DNA of 64,000 bases. Origin: Pseudomonadota bacterium. GTDB taxonomy: Bacteria; Desulfobacterota; Desulfobulbia; Desulfobulbales; JAGXFP01. Of the stretch, positions 28,902 through 37,094 are shown one piece after another (within the stretch, counting starts at the first letter, position 1; the number at the start of each line of letters is the position of its first letter). The notes beneath the pieces are model-generated. The model saw nothing but the letters and a program-made list of their open reading frames with translations. It was not told where the DNA came from and searched no databases. The translations under genes were made by a program, and so were the position numbers. The stretch spans positions 4,536 through 68,535 of the forward strand of contig JAHJIQ010000007.1 of NCBI GenBank assembly GCA_018823285.1, in the 5' to 3' direction.

Positions 28902-29558
28902 ATGGATGAAATTTTTGCTGAAAATGAGCTATTCTCCGGTCTTGAGAAAAAAGATCGGGACATCATCATGGCGGTGGCTGCTAAAAAGAGTTTCCCGAAG
29001 AATACGGTGATACTCAGTCAGGGAGATGACACGCACTCGTTGTATATAGTCACGAGTGGCAAGGTTAAAGTTAATATTGTCGATGAGAACGGCAAAGAGA
29101 TAATTTTGTCAATTCTTGGCCCGGGCGATTATTTCGGTGAGATGACCGCTATAGAGGAAGGCGCTTCAAGGAGCGCTTCGGTCGTTACCCGGGAAAAGTG
29201 TGAGGTGCTGGTTCTTGCCAAAAAGGATTTCCGGAGGATTATTTCGGACAATCCGGACATTGTGTTCGGGCTGTTAAGAGGAGCCAATGAAAGGATCCGG
29301 AAAGCCAACCGGAAAATTGAAAGCCTTGCCCTTATGGATGTATATGGCCGGGTGGCAAGGCTTTTCATGCAGCTTGCGGTTCCTGATGGTGACAAGCTGG
29401 TTATTCAGGAGAAGCTTACGCATCAGGATATTGCCAACATGGTCGGATCATCAAGGGAAATGGTCAGCAGGGTCATGAAAGAACTGACCATTGGAAATTA
29501 TATTGGCGTCACACAAAAAATCATTGAGATCAATGGCAAGCTGCCATATTCGTGGTAG
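28902..29558 (+). CDS. Crp/Fnr-family transcription regulator (cNMP-binding domain plus HTH)
   Basis: GDYFGEMTAIE...RSASVV cNMP-binding signature and a C-terminal HTH (THQDIANMVGSSREMVSRVMKEL). Divergent from the CsgG-like operon across a ~540-bp AT-rich spacer. Confidence 0.85.
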   Translation: MDEIFAENELFSGLEKKDRDIIMAVAAKKSFPKNTVILSQGDDTHSLYIVTSGKVKVNIVDENGKEIILSILGPGDYFGEMTAIEEGASRSASVVTREKCEVLVLAKKDFRRIISDNPDIVFGLLRGANERIRKANRKIESLALMDVYGRVARLFMQLAVPDGDKLVIQEKLTHQDIANMVGSSREMVSRVMKELTIGNYIGVTQKIIEINGKLPYSW

Positions 29559-30243
29559 GTGCGAGTCTGTTTTCTCCTGCGGTTGAAATATTGACGAGAA
29601 TAACGAATCCGGCTTTCTCAGAGAACCCTTTTCTCGGTTTTTCGGGATATGGTTTATTCTCTGGATTCTGGTAAAGGGTTGAGACGGATTCAATGGCTTG
29701 AAACCCGCATTCGGCGAGCATGGTCTTGAGCTTTTCGACGGTGCTGAACCGCGCGGATCTGTAAAAAGGATTGCCCGTCGCCTCCTTTTCTGCAAGATTT
29801 TTCCCCCATTCGCTTTCTGCCGGAACCATGCCCACAATCAGGACCCCGCTCTTTCCCAGAACCCGGGAACACTCCCTGAATACCAATACCGGATCCTCCA
29901 GAAAGCATTCGGTGAACAGAATGTATACTGCCGAGAAGGCGTTGTCGATAAATGGCAACGATTCTCCGACAGCCCGGCAGGTAGAAAGTCCCCTTTCTTT
30001 TGCTAAGACAAGTGGGGAAAATGCCGGGTCGATGCCAAACTGGATCCCCAGGGATTGAGCAAAACGGCCGGGGCCGATGCCGATTTCCAGGGCGGGGGAG
30101 GCAATATTGCGCCTGATGTTTTGCAATGCGACCAATTCACTTGCGAAAAGAGGGTTGTTTTCAAACCAGGCATCATATTCTTTCGCCCGCTGGTCATACA
30201 CTTCTGCTGAGGCATATCGGTTGTCGGTCTGATTACTCATCAT
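29530..30243 (-). CDS. Class I SAM-dependent methyltransferase
   Basis: Motif I LEIGIGPGRF. 237 aa. The 3' end overlaps the crp-like gene convergently by 29 bp. Confidence 0.7.
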   Translation of the reverse strand: MMSNQTDNRYASAEVYDQRAKEYDAWFENNPLFASELVALQNIRRNIASPALEIGIGPGRFAQSLGIQFGIDPAFSPLVLAKERGLSTCRAVGESLPFIDNAFSAVYILFTECFLEDPVLVFRECSRVLGKSGVLIVGMVPAESEWGKNLAEKEATGNPFYRSARFSTVEKLKTMLAECGFQAIESVSTLYQNPENKPYPEKPRKGFSEKAGFVILVNISTAGENRLAPTTNMAACH

Positions 30244-30388
30244 CTCCTCTGCTGATCGGAAAATCTATTCTATATTGATACCCGGGGGAAGAGCTTCCGC
30301 CAAAGGAAATTATCAGGTATCTTCATTTGAATAGAGTGGCAGGTGATCAGAAGAGCAAAATGGATTTGTTGTTTACAGGAGGGAAGCT

Positions 30389-31936
30389 TTGGCCGATTCA
30401 GTTCATTCAAGATTCAGACAGTCTCTTCGAGATCCTGAAGAATTCACGATTACCATGGAGCTTGTCCCGAGCAGGGGTGTCCGCAGTGCAGCCCAGGAGA
30501 AAGCCATCAGGTTTGCCCGAGATGCCTTTGCTGACGGCAGGATGCAGGCGGTCAGCATTACCGAGAATGCCGGGGGGCATCCCGCCTTGTCTCCGGAAGT
30601 TCTGGGTGTTGAGATCATGGAAACCGGTCTTGATGTGATCATCCACTTCTCCTGTAAAGACAAAAACCGCAATCAGATGGAAAGTCTCCTCCTTGCCTGG
30701 GATCGCGAAGGGTTGCAAAATCTTCTGGTCATTGCCGGGGATTATCCGCAAAAGGGATATCGTGGCCACCCCAAACCTGTTTTTGATCTCGATACAATCC
30801 ACGCTCTTGATCTCATTGGCCATTTGAACTCGGATCATAACGAGGCTGGGCCCTGGTGTCCTGATCTGAGTGGTGTTGAAAGCACTTCTTTTTTCAAAGG
30901 GGTGGCGGTTTCTCCTTTCAAGTATTCAGAAGCCGAGCAGATCGGGCAGTATTTCAAGCTGCACAGGAAGGTTTCAGCCGGGGCGGACTTTGCCATTACC
31001 CAGCTTGGCTTTGATGCTCGCAAATTCCACGAACTTATCCAATACCGGCAGGAAGAGTCCTTGGACCTGCCCATGCTCGGTAATGTCTTTATCCCGACCC
31101 CTTTTGTGGCAAAGTTGATGAATCGGGGAAAGGTGCCCGGGGTTGTTCTCACCGATGAATTTTATGAAATGCTGCGGCAGGAATTCTCAAGTTTCGACAA
31201 AGGGAGAAAGGCATCCTTGGAAAGGGGTGCGCGGCTTTTGTGTGTTCTGAAGGGTCTGGGTTATGATGGGGTGCATATCGGTGGCCCCGGGCTGGAATTC
31301 AGCGAGGTTGACCAGCTGCTGACCGATGCCGAACAGTGGGCTGATGACTGGCCCGGGTTTTTGCCGGAATTTTCCGCCTGCCCAAATTATGGAGTCAGAA
31401 AACCTTTTTATTATTTTGAGAAAAATCAGGCCAGCGGCCTGAACAGCCCTGAGCATTCATCAAGACGGAAGTATCAATGGTCATTGCCCTATACATTTGC
31501 CGATCTTGTCCATGATGCGGTTTTTTCGGAGAGTGGGATTTTATATGATGTAGCTAAAAAAACCTGTGAAACACTGGTCGCGGAAGATGGCTCCGGATCA
31601 TTTCACCGTCTTGAATATCTTGCGAAGCTCATTCTGGTCGGCTGTAAGGATTGTGGTGATTGTACGCTGGACGATCTTGCCTATGTGTGTCCACAATCCG
31701 GATGTGCAAAATATCTGCTGAATGGTCCTTGTGGGGGAAGCAGCAACGGCTGGTGTGAGGTCTTCCCTGGCAGGAAAAGATGTTTCTATGTGCAGGTGTA
31801 TGAGCGGCTGGCAAATAATCGGAAAAGTGAATGTCTGAAAAAAGGTTTTATTCCTCCCCGGGACTGGTCATTGTGCAACACTTCCGCATGGGCAAATTTC
31901 TTTGCCGGCAGAGACCACCACAAACAGCGTAAGTAG
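30389..31936 (+). CDS. Methylenetetrahydrofolate reductase (MetF-like) fused to a C-terminal MetV-like Cys-rich domain
   Basis: N-terminal MTHFR-like TIM barrel (ELVPSRG...VSITENAGG...HFSCKDKNRN...VIAGDYP). The C-terminus has CKDCGDC...CPQSGCAKYLLNGPCGGS, typical of the MTHFR C-terminal/MetV domain. TTG start with RBS aggaggg. Confidence 0.7.
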   Translation: MADSVHSRFRQSLRDPEEFTITMELVPSRGVRSAAQEKAIRFARDAFADGRMQAVSITENAGGHPALSPEVLGVEIMETGLDVIIHFSCKDKNRNQMESLLLAWDREGLQNLLVIAGDYPQKGYRGHPKPVFDLDTIHALDLIGHLNSDHNEAGPWCPDLSGVESTSFFKGVAVSPFKYSEAEQIGQYFKLHRKVSAGADFAITQLGFDARKFHELIQYRQEESLDLPMLGNVFIPTPFVAKLMNRGKVPGVVLTDEFYEMLRQEFSSFDKGRKASLERGARLLCVLKGLGYDGVHIGGPGLEFSEVDQLLTDAEQWADDWPGFLPEFSACPNYGVRKPFYYFEKNQASGLNSPEHSSRRKYQWSLPYTFADLVHDAVFSESGILYDVAKKTCETLVAEDGSGSFHRLEYLAKLILVGCKDCGDCTLDDLAYVCPQSGCAKYLLNGPCGGSSNGWCEVFPGRKRCFYVQVYERLANNRKSECLKKGFIPPRDWSLCNTSAWANFFAGRDHHKQRK

Positions 31937-32112
31937 CTATCTTTCCTGTAAAAAAAAAGTGTTCCCGAAGCATAAAAAAAAGGGTATCATGTCCACTTTT
32001 TTCAATCCGGCCGTTGCTGGCGGCAGGAACACTATTGTGCGGTTAAGTTTTTGAAAATATTAGGTATTTTCGATGCTTCTTGACAGCCTTAAGATTCCCA
32101 GAGGTGAATAGC

Positions 32113-33534
32113 ATGGTAATGCAACCTGTTCCGGACAGACCTCGTGATGAATGTGGGGTGTGCGGGATATTCGGCCATCCGGATTCAGCAAAACTCACTT
32201 ATTTCGGGCTTTATGCCCTGCAGCACCGTGGGCAGGAGAGCGCAGGCATTGTTACCTCCGATGGTGCGATGATCCATCAGCATCGGGGGATGGGGCTGGT
32301 GCCGGAAGTATTCAGTGAAGAGATCCTGCAATCCCTTGTCGGACATATCTCCATCGGCCATGTGCGATATTCGACCACCGGCGAATCAACAATTGTCAAC
32401 GCCCAGCCTTTTACGGCAACCCATCTTGGTTGCACCCTTTCAGTGGCCCATAACGGGAATCTGGTCAACATAAGAAGTTTAAGGGAAGAGCTCGAAAAAG
32501 ACGGGTCAATTTTTCAGTCGACCATGGACAGTGAGGTCGTTATTCATCTTCTGGCCAAGTCTTCACATCTCGGTTTTGAAAATGCGATTGGCGAGACCGT
32601 AAAAATAATCAAAGGCGCCTACTCAATGGTTCTCATGACCGAGAATAAACTGGTGGCGGTGAGAGACCCGAACGGGTTTCGCCCCCTGTGTCTCGGCAAG
32701 TTGAACAATGGTTCGTATATTGTAGCATCGGAAACATGCGCCCTTGACCTGGTCGAAGCGACATATGTTCGGGATATTGAACCCGGCGAGATACTGATCA
32801 TCGACGATACGGGTCTGAATTCCTTGCATATGGAGAAGGCGGAGAGGGAAAGTTGCTGTATTTTCGAGCATGTCTATTTTGCCCGCCCGGACAGCGATAT
32901 CTTTGGCGCCAATGTTTATCAATGCAGAAAAAAAATGGGTGAGTTGCTCGCCGTTGAATCTCCCGTTGACGCCGACTTTGTCATGCCATTTCCTGATTCC
33001 GGCAACTATGCAGCGATAGGTTATTCCCAGGCTTCAGGGATACCGCTTGAGATGGGAGTGATCAGAAATCACTATGTCGGCAGAACATTTATCCAGCCAA
33101 CCCAGTCGATGCGAGATTTCTCGGTGCGGGTAAAATTAAATCCCATCCGTTCATTCCTGGAGGGGAAAAGGGTCATCATTATCGAGGATTCAATTATTCG
33201 CGGGACTACCGGGCGAAGCAGGGTCAAATCGCTGCGTGCAGTTGGGGTGAAAGAGGTTCATATGAGAATCAGTTGCCCGCCCACCCGCAACCCCTGCTAT
33301 TACGGGATAGACTTCCCTTCCGGCGGAGAATTGATCGCTAACGAAAAAACCGTGGATGAGATCAGAGACTATCTTGATCTTGATTCTCTGGCCTATTTGA
33401 GTGTTGAGGGGCTTGTCAAAGCCACCGGCGACAGGGCGGACAAATTCTGTCTGGCCTGTTTCACCGGCGATTATCCGGTTGAACCGGACAAGGATTTCCA
33501 CAAACTCGCTTTAGGCTGTAGCTGTTGCAAATAA
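32113..33534 (+). CDS. purF: Amidophosphoribosyltransferase
   Basis: Ntn-amidotransferase start (DECGVCGIFG), a PRPP-binding loop (VIIIEDSIIRGTT) and a C-terminal Fe-S Cys set. ATG 32113 is preferred over the tracked TTG 32080. Confidence 0.9.
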   Translation: MVMQPVPDRPRDECGVCGIFGHPDSAKLTYFGLYALQHRGQESAGIVTSDGAMIHQHRGMGLVPEVFSEEILQSLVGHISIGHVRYSTTGESTIVNAQPFTATHLGCTLSVAHNGNLVNIRSLREELEKDGSIFQSTMDSEVVIHLLAKSSHLGFENAIGETVKIIKGAYSMVLMTENKLVAVRDPNGFRPLCLGKLNNGSYIVASETCALDLVEATYVRDIEPGEILIIDDTGLNSLHMEKAERESCCIFEHVYFARPDSDIFGANVYQCRKKMGELLAVESPVDADFVMPFPDSGNYAAIGYSQASGIPLEMGVIRNHYVGRTFIQPTQSMRDFSVRVKLNPIRSFLEGKRVIIIEDSIIRGTTGRSRVKSLRAVGVKEVHMRISCPPTRNPCYYGIDFPSGGELIANEKTVDEIRDYLDLDSLAYLSVEGLVKATGDRADKFCLACFTGDYPVEPDKDFHKLALGCSCCK

Positions 33535-33554
33535 ATGAGAGCAGGGTTGCCGGG

Positions 33555-34523
33555 ATGTATATTGATCAGGCCAGAGAAGTAATCAGGATAGAAGCAGAGG
33601 GGGTCACCTCTCTACTGGATCAGTTGGGACCCGGATTCAACAAGGCGGTCGATATGATCATGGCTTGCACCGGCCGGGTCATTATAACCGGGATCGGCAA
33701 ATCCGGGCTTATCGGGCAGAAGATCGCCGCCACCCTGAACAGTACCGGGACTGCTTCCGGATTTCTCCATCCGGTTGAAGCAATGCACGGGGATCTTGGT
33801 CTTGTTGATGAGCGAGATGTTGTCCTGGCTATTTCCTATAGCGGTGAAACAAGCGAATTGAATATCCTGCTGCCCAGTCTGAAAAAAAGAGGGGTCGGCA
33901 TTATCGCCATGACCGGGAATCCGGAGTCAAGTCTGGCCGGGTTTGGAGATGCGGTCTTGAGGGTCGCGGTTCCGCGCGAGGCCTGTCCTCTGGGGTTGGC
34001 TCCTACGGCGAGCACAACAGCTGCCCTGGTGATGGGAGATGCGCTTTCCGTTGTTCTGCTGAATTGCAAAAAGTTTAAAGCCAGTGATTTCAGGCGGAAT
34101 CATCCAGGCGGAAGCCTTGGCGAACGTCTGAAGATTAAAGTTGCCGAGGTTATGATGACCGGGGACCGGATTCCCCAGATATCTGTTGCTTCACCGCTTG
34201 TTGAAGCGATCAGGGTCCTGAATGACCGGAATCTCGGTGCGGTGCTGATCATGAGCGGCGAAGATATGGTTGGGATTATTACCGATGGCGATATCCGAAG
34301 AATAGTTTCCCAGGGGAAAAACCTCGCTGGCATGGAGATAGCGGAGGCGATGAGTCCAAACCCCAAAACAATTGAGGAGAGTCTTCTTGCCGCTGATGCC
34401 CTGAGTATCATGCAGCGCCACGAAATCACAATTCTGCCGGTCAAAAGGCGCGATGGTCGTTTGGTAGGCGTTCTTCACCTGCAGGACCTTCTGGGGAAGG
34501 GGGAGTTTCGTTTTCTAGTTTGA
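33555..34523 (+). CDS. kdsD: KpsF/GutQ-family sugar-phosphate isomerase (arabinose-5-phosphate isomerase type; SIS domain plus 2 CBS domains)
   Basis: SIS motif GIGKSGLIGQKIAATL and a tandem CBS region at the C-terminus. Confidence 0.8.
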   Translation: MYIDQAREVIRIEAEGVTSLLDQLGPGFNKAVDMIMACTGRVIITGIGKSGLIGQKIAATLNSTGTASGFLHPVEAMHGDLGLVDERDVVLAISYSGETSELNILLPSLKKRGVGIIAMTGNPESSLAGFGDAVLRVAVPREACPLGLAPTASTTAALVMGDALSVVLLNCKKFKASDFRRNHPGGSLGERLKIKVAEVMMTGDRIPQISVASPLVEAIRVLNDRNLGAVLIMSGEDMVGIITDGDIRRIVSQGKNLAGMEIAEAMSPNPKTIEESLLAADALSIMQRHEITILPVKRRDGRLVGVLHLQDLLGKGEFRFLV

Positions 34524-34535
34524 CCGGAGGGTTGC

Positions 34536-34556
34536 CCCGCAAACGGTGCGGGTTTT
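34536..34556 (+). terminator. Rho-independent terminator after the kdsD-like gene
   Basis: cccgca-aacgg-tgcggg stem-loop followed by TTTT. Confidence 0.6.
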
Positions 34557-34564
34557 CAGAGCTG

Positions 34565-34593
34565 TTGACAAAAAAAAGGCTATTGGGTAGCAT
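34565..34593 (+). promoter_or_regulatory. Sigma-70-type promoter candidate for the hdrC-like/mvhD/metV genes
   Basis: TTGACA (34565-34570), a 17-nt spacer, then TAGCAT (34588-34593). A perfect 9-bp inverted repeat GAACCGCGC-N8-GCGCGGTTC (34597-34622) follows immediately. Confidence 0.45.
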
Positions 34594-34695
34594 ACTGAAC
34601 CGCGCTTCATTTTGCGCGGTTCCCCTGAAGAGAATCGGTTTTTTAGTATAGAAATTACTGCAATATCATATATTTATCAGAACCAGAGGTTTTTT

Positions 34696-35262
34696 ATGGG
34701 CATAAGCAGCAAAGAAATCAACGCATCGTTCAGTGCGGAAGTTATCGGGTTGCCGGGAGGGGAACACCTTAACAGCTGTTTTTCATGCGGTGCCTGCAGT
34801 GGTATCTGTCCTGTAAGTCAGGCTATCCCGGAGTTTGATCCACGGAAAATCATTCACATGATTCGGATGGGGTTGAAAGACAGGTTGATGAAGTCCGACC
34901 TGATCTGGCACTGTTCAAAATGCCGTAGTTGTGTCTTTGTCTGCCCCCAGGATGTCAGATTTTCCGATATCATGTCAGCGATCAGGGAAATGGCTTTGGA
35001 CAAGGGGTTTGTCACCGAGCAGGATTTGCGTGATAAAGGAAAAGTTGCCTGGGTTGAGAGGGATGGTTGCGTCGCTTGCCTGACCTGTGTTCGGGTCTGC
35101 CCCTGGCAGGTTCCGGTGATTGATGATAACGGGGTTGCCGCAATTGATCCGAGGAAGTGCCGGGGTTGTGGGATCTGTCCGGCCGAGTGTCCGGCCCAGA
35201 CGATTAAAATGAATGAATCCGAGGACGAGCGACTGATCGTTGCCTGCGGAACCGGAAAATAA
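34696..35262 (+). CDS. HdrC-like iron-sulfur protein with an additional 2x[4Fe-4S] ferredoxin domain
   Basis: CFSCGACSGICP...CSKCRSCVFVCP (HdrC-like), then CVACLTCVRVCP and CRGCGICPAECP. ATG 34696 is internal to the tracked ORF. Confidence 0.7.
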   Translation: MGISSKEINASFSAEVIGLPGGEHLNSCFSCGACSGICPVSQAIPEFDPRKIIHMIRMGLKDRLMKSDLIWHCSKCRSCVFVCPQDVRFSDIMSAIREMALDKGFVTEQDLRDKGKVAWVERDGCVACLTCVRVCPWQVPVIDDNGVAAIDPRKCRGCGICPAECPAQTIKMNESEDERLIVACGTGK

Positions 35263-35274
35263 CGGAGAGCGCGC

Positions 35275-35868
35275 ATGAGTTTTACTCCAAATATACAGGT
35301 GTTTTGTTGTCACTATACCTCGCAGCAGGCCATTGCCGAGGGTGATGATGGATTGCGGAAAAGTGGCTTTCCGGAAGGCGCTGTTATCAATCGGCTTTCA
35401 TGCTCCGGCAAATTACAGGTCAGCACCATCCTCAAGGCCTTTGAAAAAGGTGCCGATGGGGTCTGTGTCGTCGGTTGCCCGGTCGATAAATGCCATAACC
35501 TGATGGGCAGCCAGAGAGCCGCTCACCGTGTTTCTGCCGTTAAAAAGGCCCTGGAGGAATTAGGAGCTGGAGGAGACAGAATCGAAATGTCTCATCTTGA
35601 AAGAGGCTTTCATCCGGAGTTCATCGAGACGGCAAAAATAATGATGGAACGGGTTCTCGAAATGGGCCCCAGTCCTTTCAGAGACGCGATGAAACCTGTG
35701 GCTGACAAGGCGGAAAAGAAAGCGGGTAAAGAGACGGCAAAAAAGGTGGTCGAAAAACCAGCTGCCGCTAAAAAATCGGTCAGTGCAAAATCAGCTGCGG
35801 CAAAACCTGCCGGAAAAGCGGCCAAGGCACCGGTTAAAAAGGCTGCCAGGAAGGGAGGTAAGAAGTAA
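35275..35868 (+). CDS. mvhD: MvhD-like (methyl-viologen-reducing hydrogenase delta subunit family) protein with a Lys/Ala-rich C-terminal tail
   Basis: FCCHYTS...SCSGKL...GADGVCVVGCPVDKCH is the MvhD/FlpD signature. The last ~60 aa are a KxxAAK-type low-complexity basic tail. Confidence 0.75.
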   Translation: MSFTPNIQVFCCHYTSQQAIAEGDDGLRKSGFPEGAVINRLSCSGKLQVSTILKAFEKGADGVCVVGCPVDKCHNLMGSQRAAHRVSAVKKALEELGAGGDRIEMSHLERGFHPEFIETAKIMMERVLEMGPSPFRDAMKPVADKAEKKAGKETAKKVVEKPAAAKKSVSAKSAAAKPAGKAAKAPVKKAARKGGKK

Positions 35869-36536
35869 TGATTATAGCCGAGCGTAAGCCCGTTAATGAA
35901 ATAGTTGAAATGATCGGTGATGCCAGGCGTGTTCTGGTCCTTGGTTGTCGCGGATGCGTGTCCGTCTGTTCAGCCGGCGGGGAGCGGGAAGTAGAGATCC
36001 TGGCTTCACTGTTGCGACTGGGACGCCAGAAAGAAGGAGGAACCCTGGAAACTGTTGAGGCCACAATGGTTCGGCAATGCGACAAGGAATATGTCGATGC
36101 CATTGATCAGTGGGACGGCAAGTACGATGCGATCGTATCCATGGCCTGCGGGGTCGGGGTGAACTTCATCGCCAACTTAAGACCGATGGCTATCGTGTAT
36201 CCGGCAGTTAATACCAGTTGTTTCGGCGGTTCGGCGGAGCAGGGAGTGTGGACTGAGCAGTGCGCAGGCTGCGGTAACTGTATCCTCCACCTGACCGGCG
36301 GACTTTGCCCGGTTGCTCGATGTGCCAAGAGTCTGATGAATGGTCCATGTGGCGGTTCCCAGGACGGCAAGTGTGAAATCAATAAGGATGTCCCCTGTAT
36401 CTGGCAGTCAATCCACGATCGCCTTGAGAGAACGGGAAAGAAAAAAGATATGGACCGTATTGCCCCGATCAGGGACTGGGCTTCAGCAGGTCATGGCGGG
36501 CCACGGAGAATTGTCAGAGACGACCTGACGGTTTGA
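35868..36536 (+). CDS. metV: MetV-like protein (stand-alone methylene-THF reductase C-terminal-domain protein)
   Basis: 222 aa. CAGCGNC...CPVARCAKSLMNGPCGGS motif. Start overlaps the mvhD stop (TAATG). Confidence 0.7.
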   Translation: MIIAERKPVNEIVEMIGDARRVLVLGCRGCVSVCSAGGEREVEILASLLRLGRQKEGGTLETVEATMVRQCDKEYVDAIDQWDGKYDAIVSMACGVGVNFIANLRPMAIVYPAVNTSCFGGSAEQGVWTEQCAGCGNCILHLTGGLCPVARCAKSLMNGPCGGSQDGKCEINKDVPCIWQSIHDRLERTGKKKDMDRIAPIRDWASAGHGGPRRIVRDDLTV

Positions 36537-36560
36537 ACTCAGGAGTCAATGAGCGGTTGA

Positions 36561-36598
36561 AAGGGGTGATGGTCGGAGAAACCATCACCCCTTTTTTT
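36561..36598 (+). terminator. Rho-independent terminator after metV
   Basis: 13-bp stem aaggggtgatggt / accatcacccctt with a 7-nt loop, followed by a T7 run. Confidence 0.85.
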
Positions 36599-36631
36599 AT
36601 GATCAAACCATTTGGCTGATGGCGACATATC

Positions 36632-37030
36632 ATGTTCAGTGAGATGATACACCTTCTGGGTCAGAACAGGGTGCCGGACCAGGAGGATCTCAAACGCAGG
36701 CTTGCTGTGGCGCTGGTTAAAAAAGCAGGAGTGCTCCAGCAGCCGAAAGCATGCTGGTCCGCGGACCCGAAAATAAATCCGAGTGCTGTACATATGCTCT
36801 GGGCTTCGGTTATCATTGAAGACATTGATGCACTGGCAACAGTGGTCGGGATGATCGGGGTTGAATTGTCGTCCGGGTCTAAGAAAATAAATCTGAACGA
36901 ATTTTTGACGGAGAAACTTTCCATTCTTGGTGCCCTTCCTCCCAATCCTGAAAAATCAGGATGGCTGAAAGTAAAAATCATCTCGGCATCAGAAATATTG
37001 AAATTACCAATTGAGCCGCATGTCCCTTAG
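36632..37030 (+). CDS. Hypothetical protein (weakly supported ORF)
   Basis: 132-aa ORF in an otherwise empty ~500-bp gap. No recognisable motif, and an equally long antisense ORF exists. Confidence 0.25.
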   Translation: MFSEMIHLLGQNRVPDQEDLKRRLAVALVKKAGVLQQPKACWSADPKINPSAVHMLWASVIIEDIDALATVVGMIGVELSSGSKKINLNEFLTEKLSILGALPPNPEKSGWLKVKIISASEILKLPIEPHVP

Positions 37031-37094
37031 CTCGAAAATGGAGTTTATACCCTGAGGGTTGTTGCTGCGACAAACTGTTGCAACTGGGAGTTTG

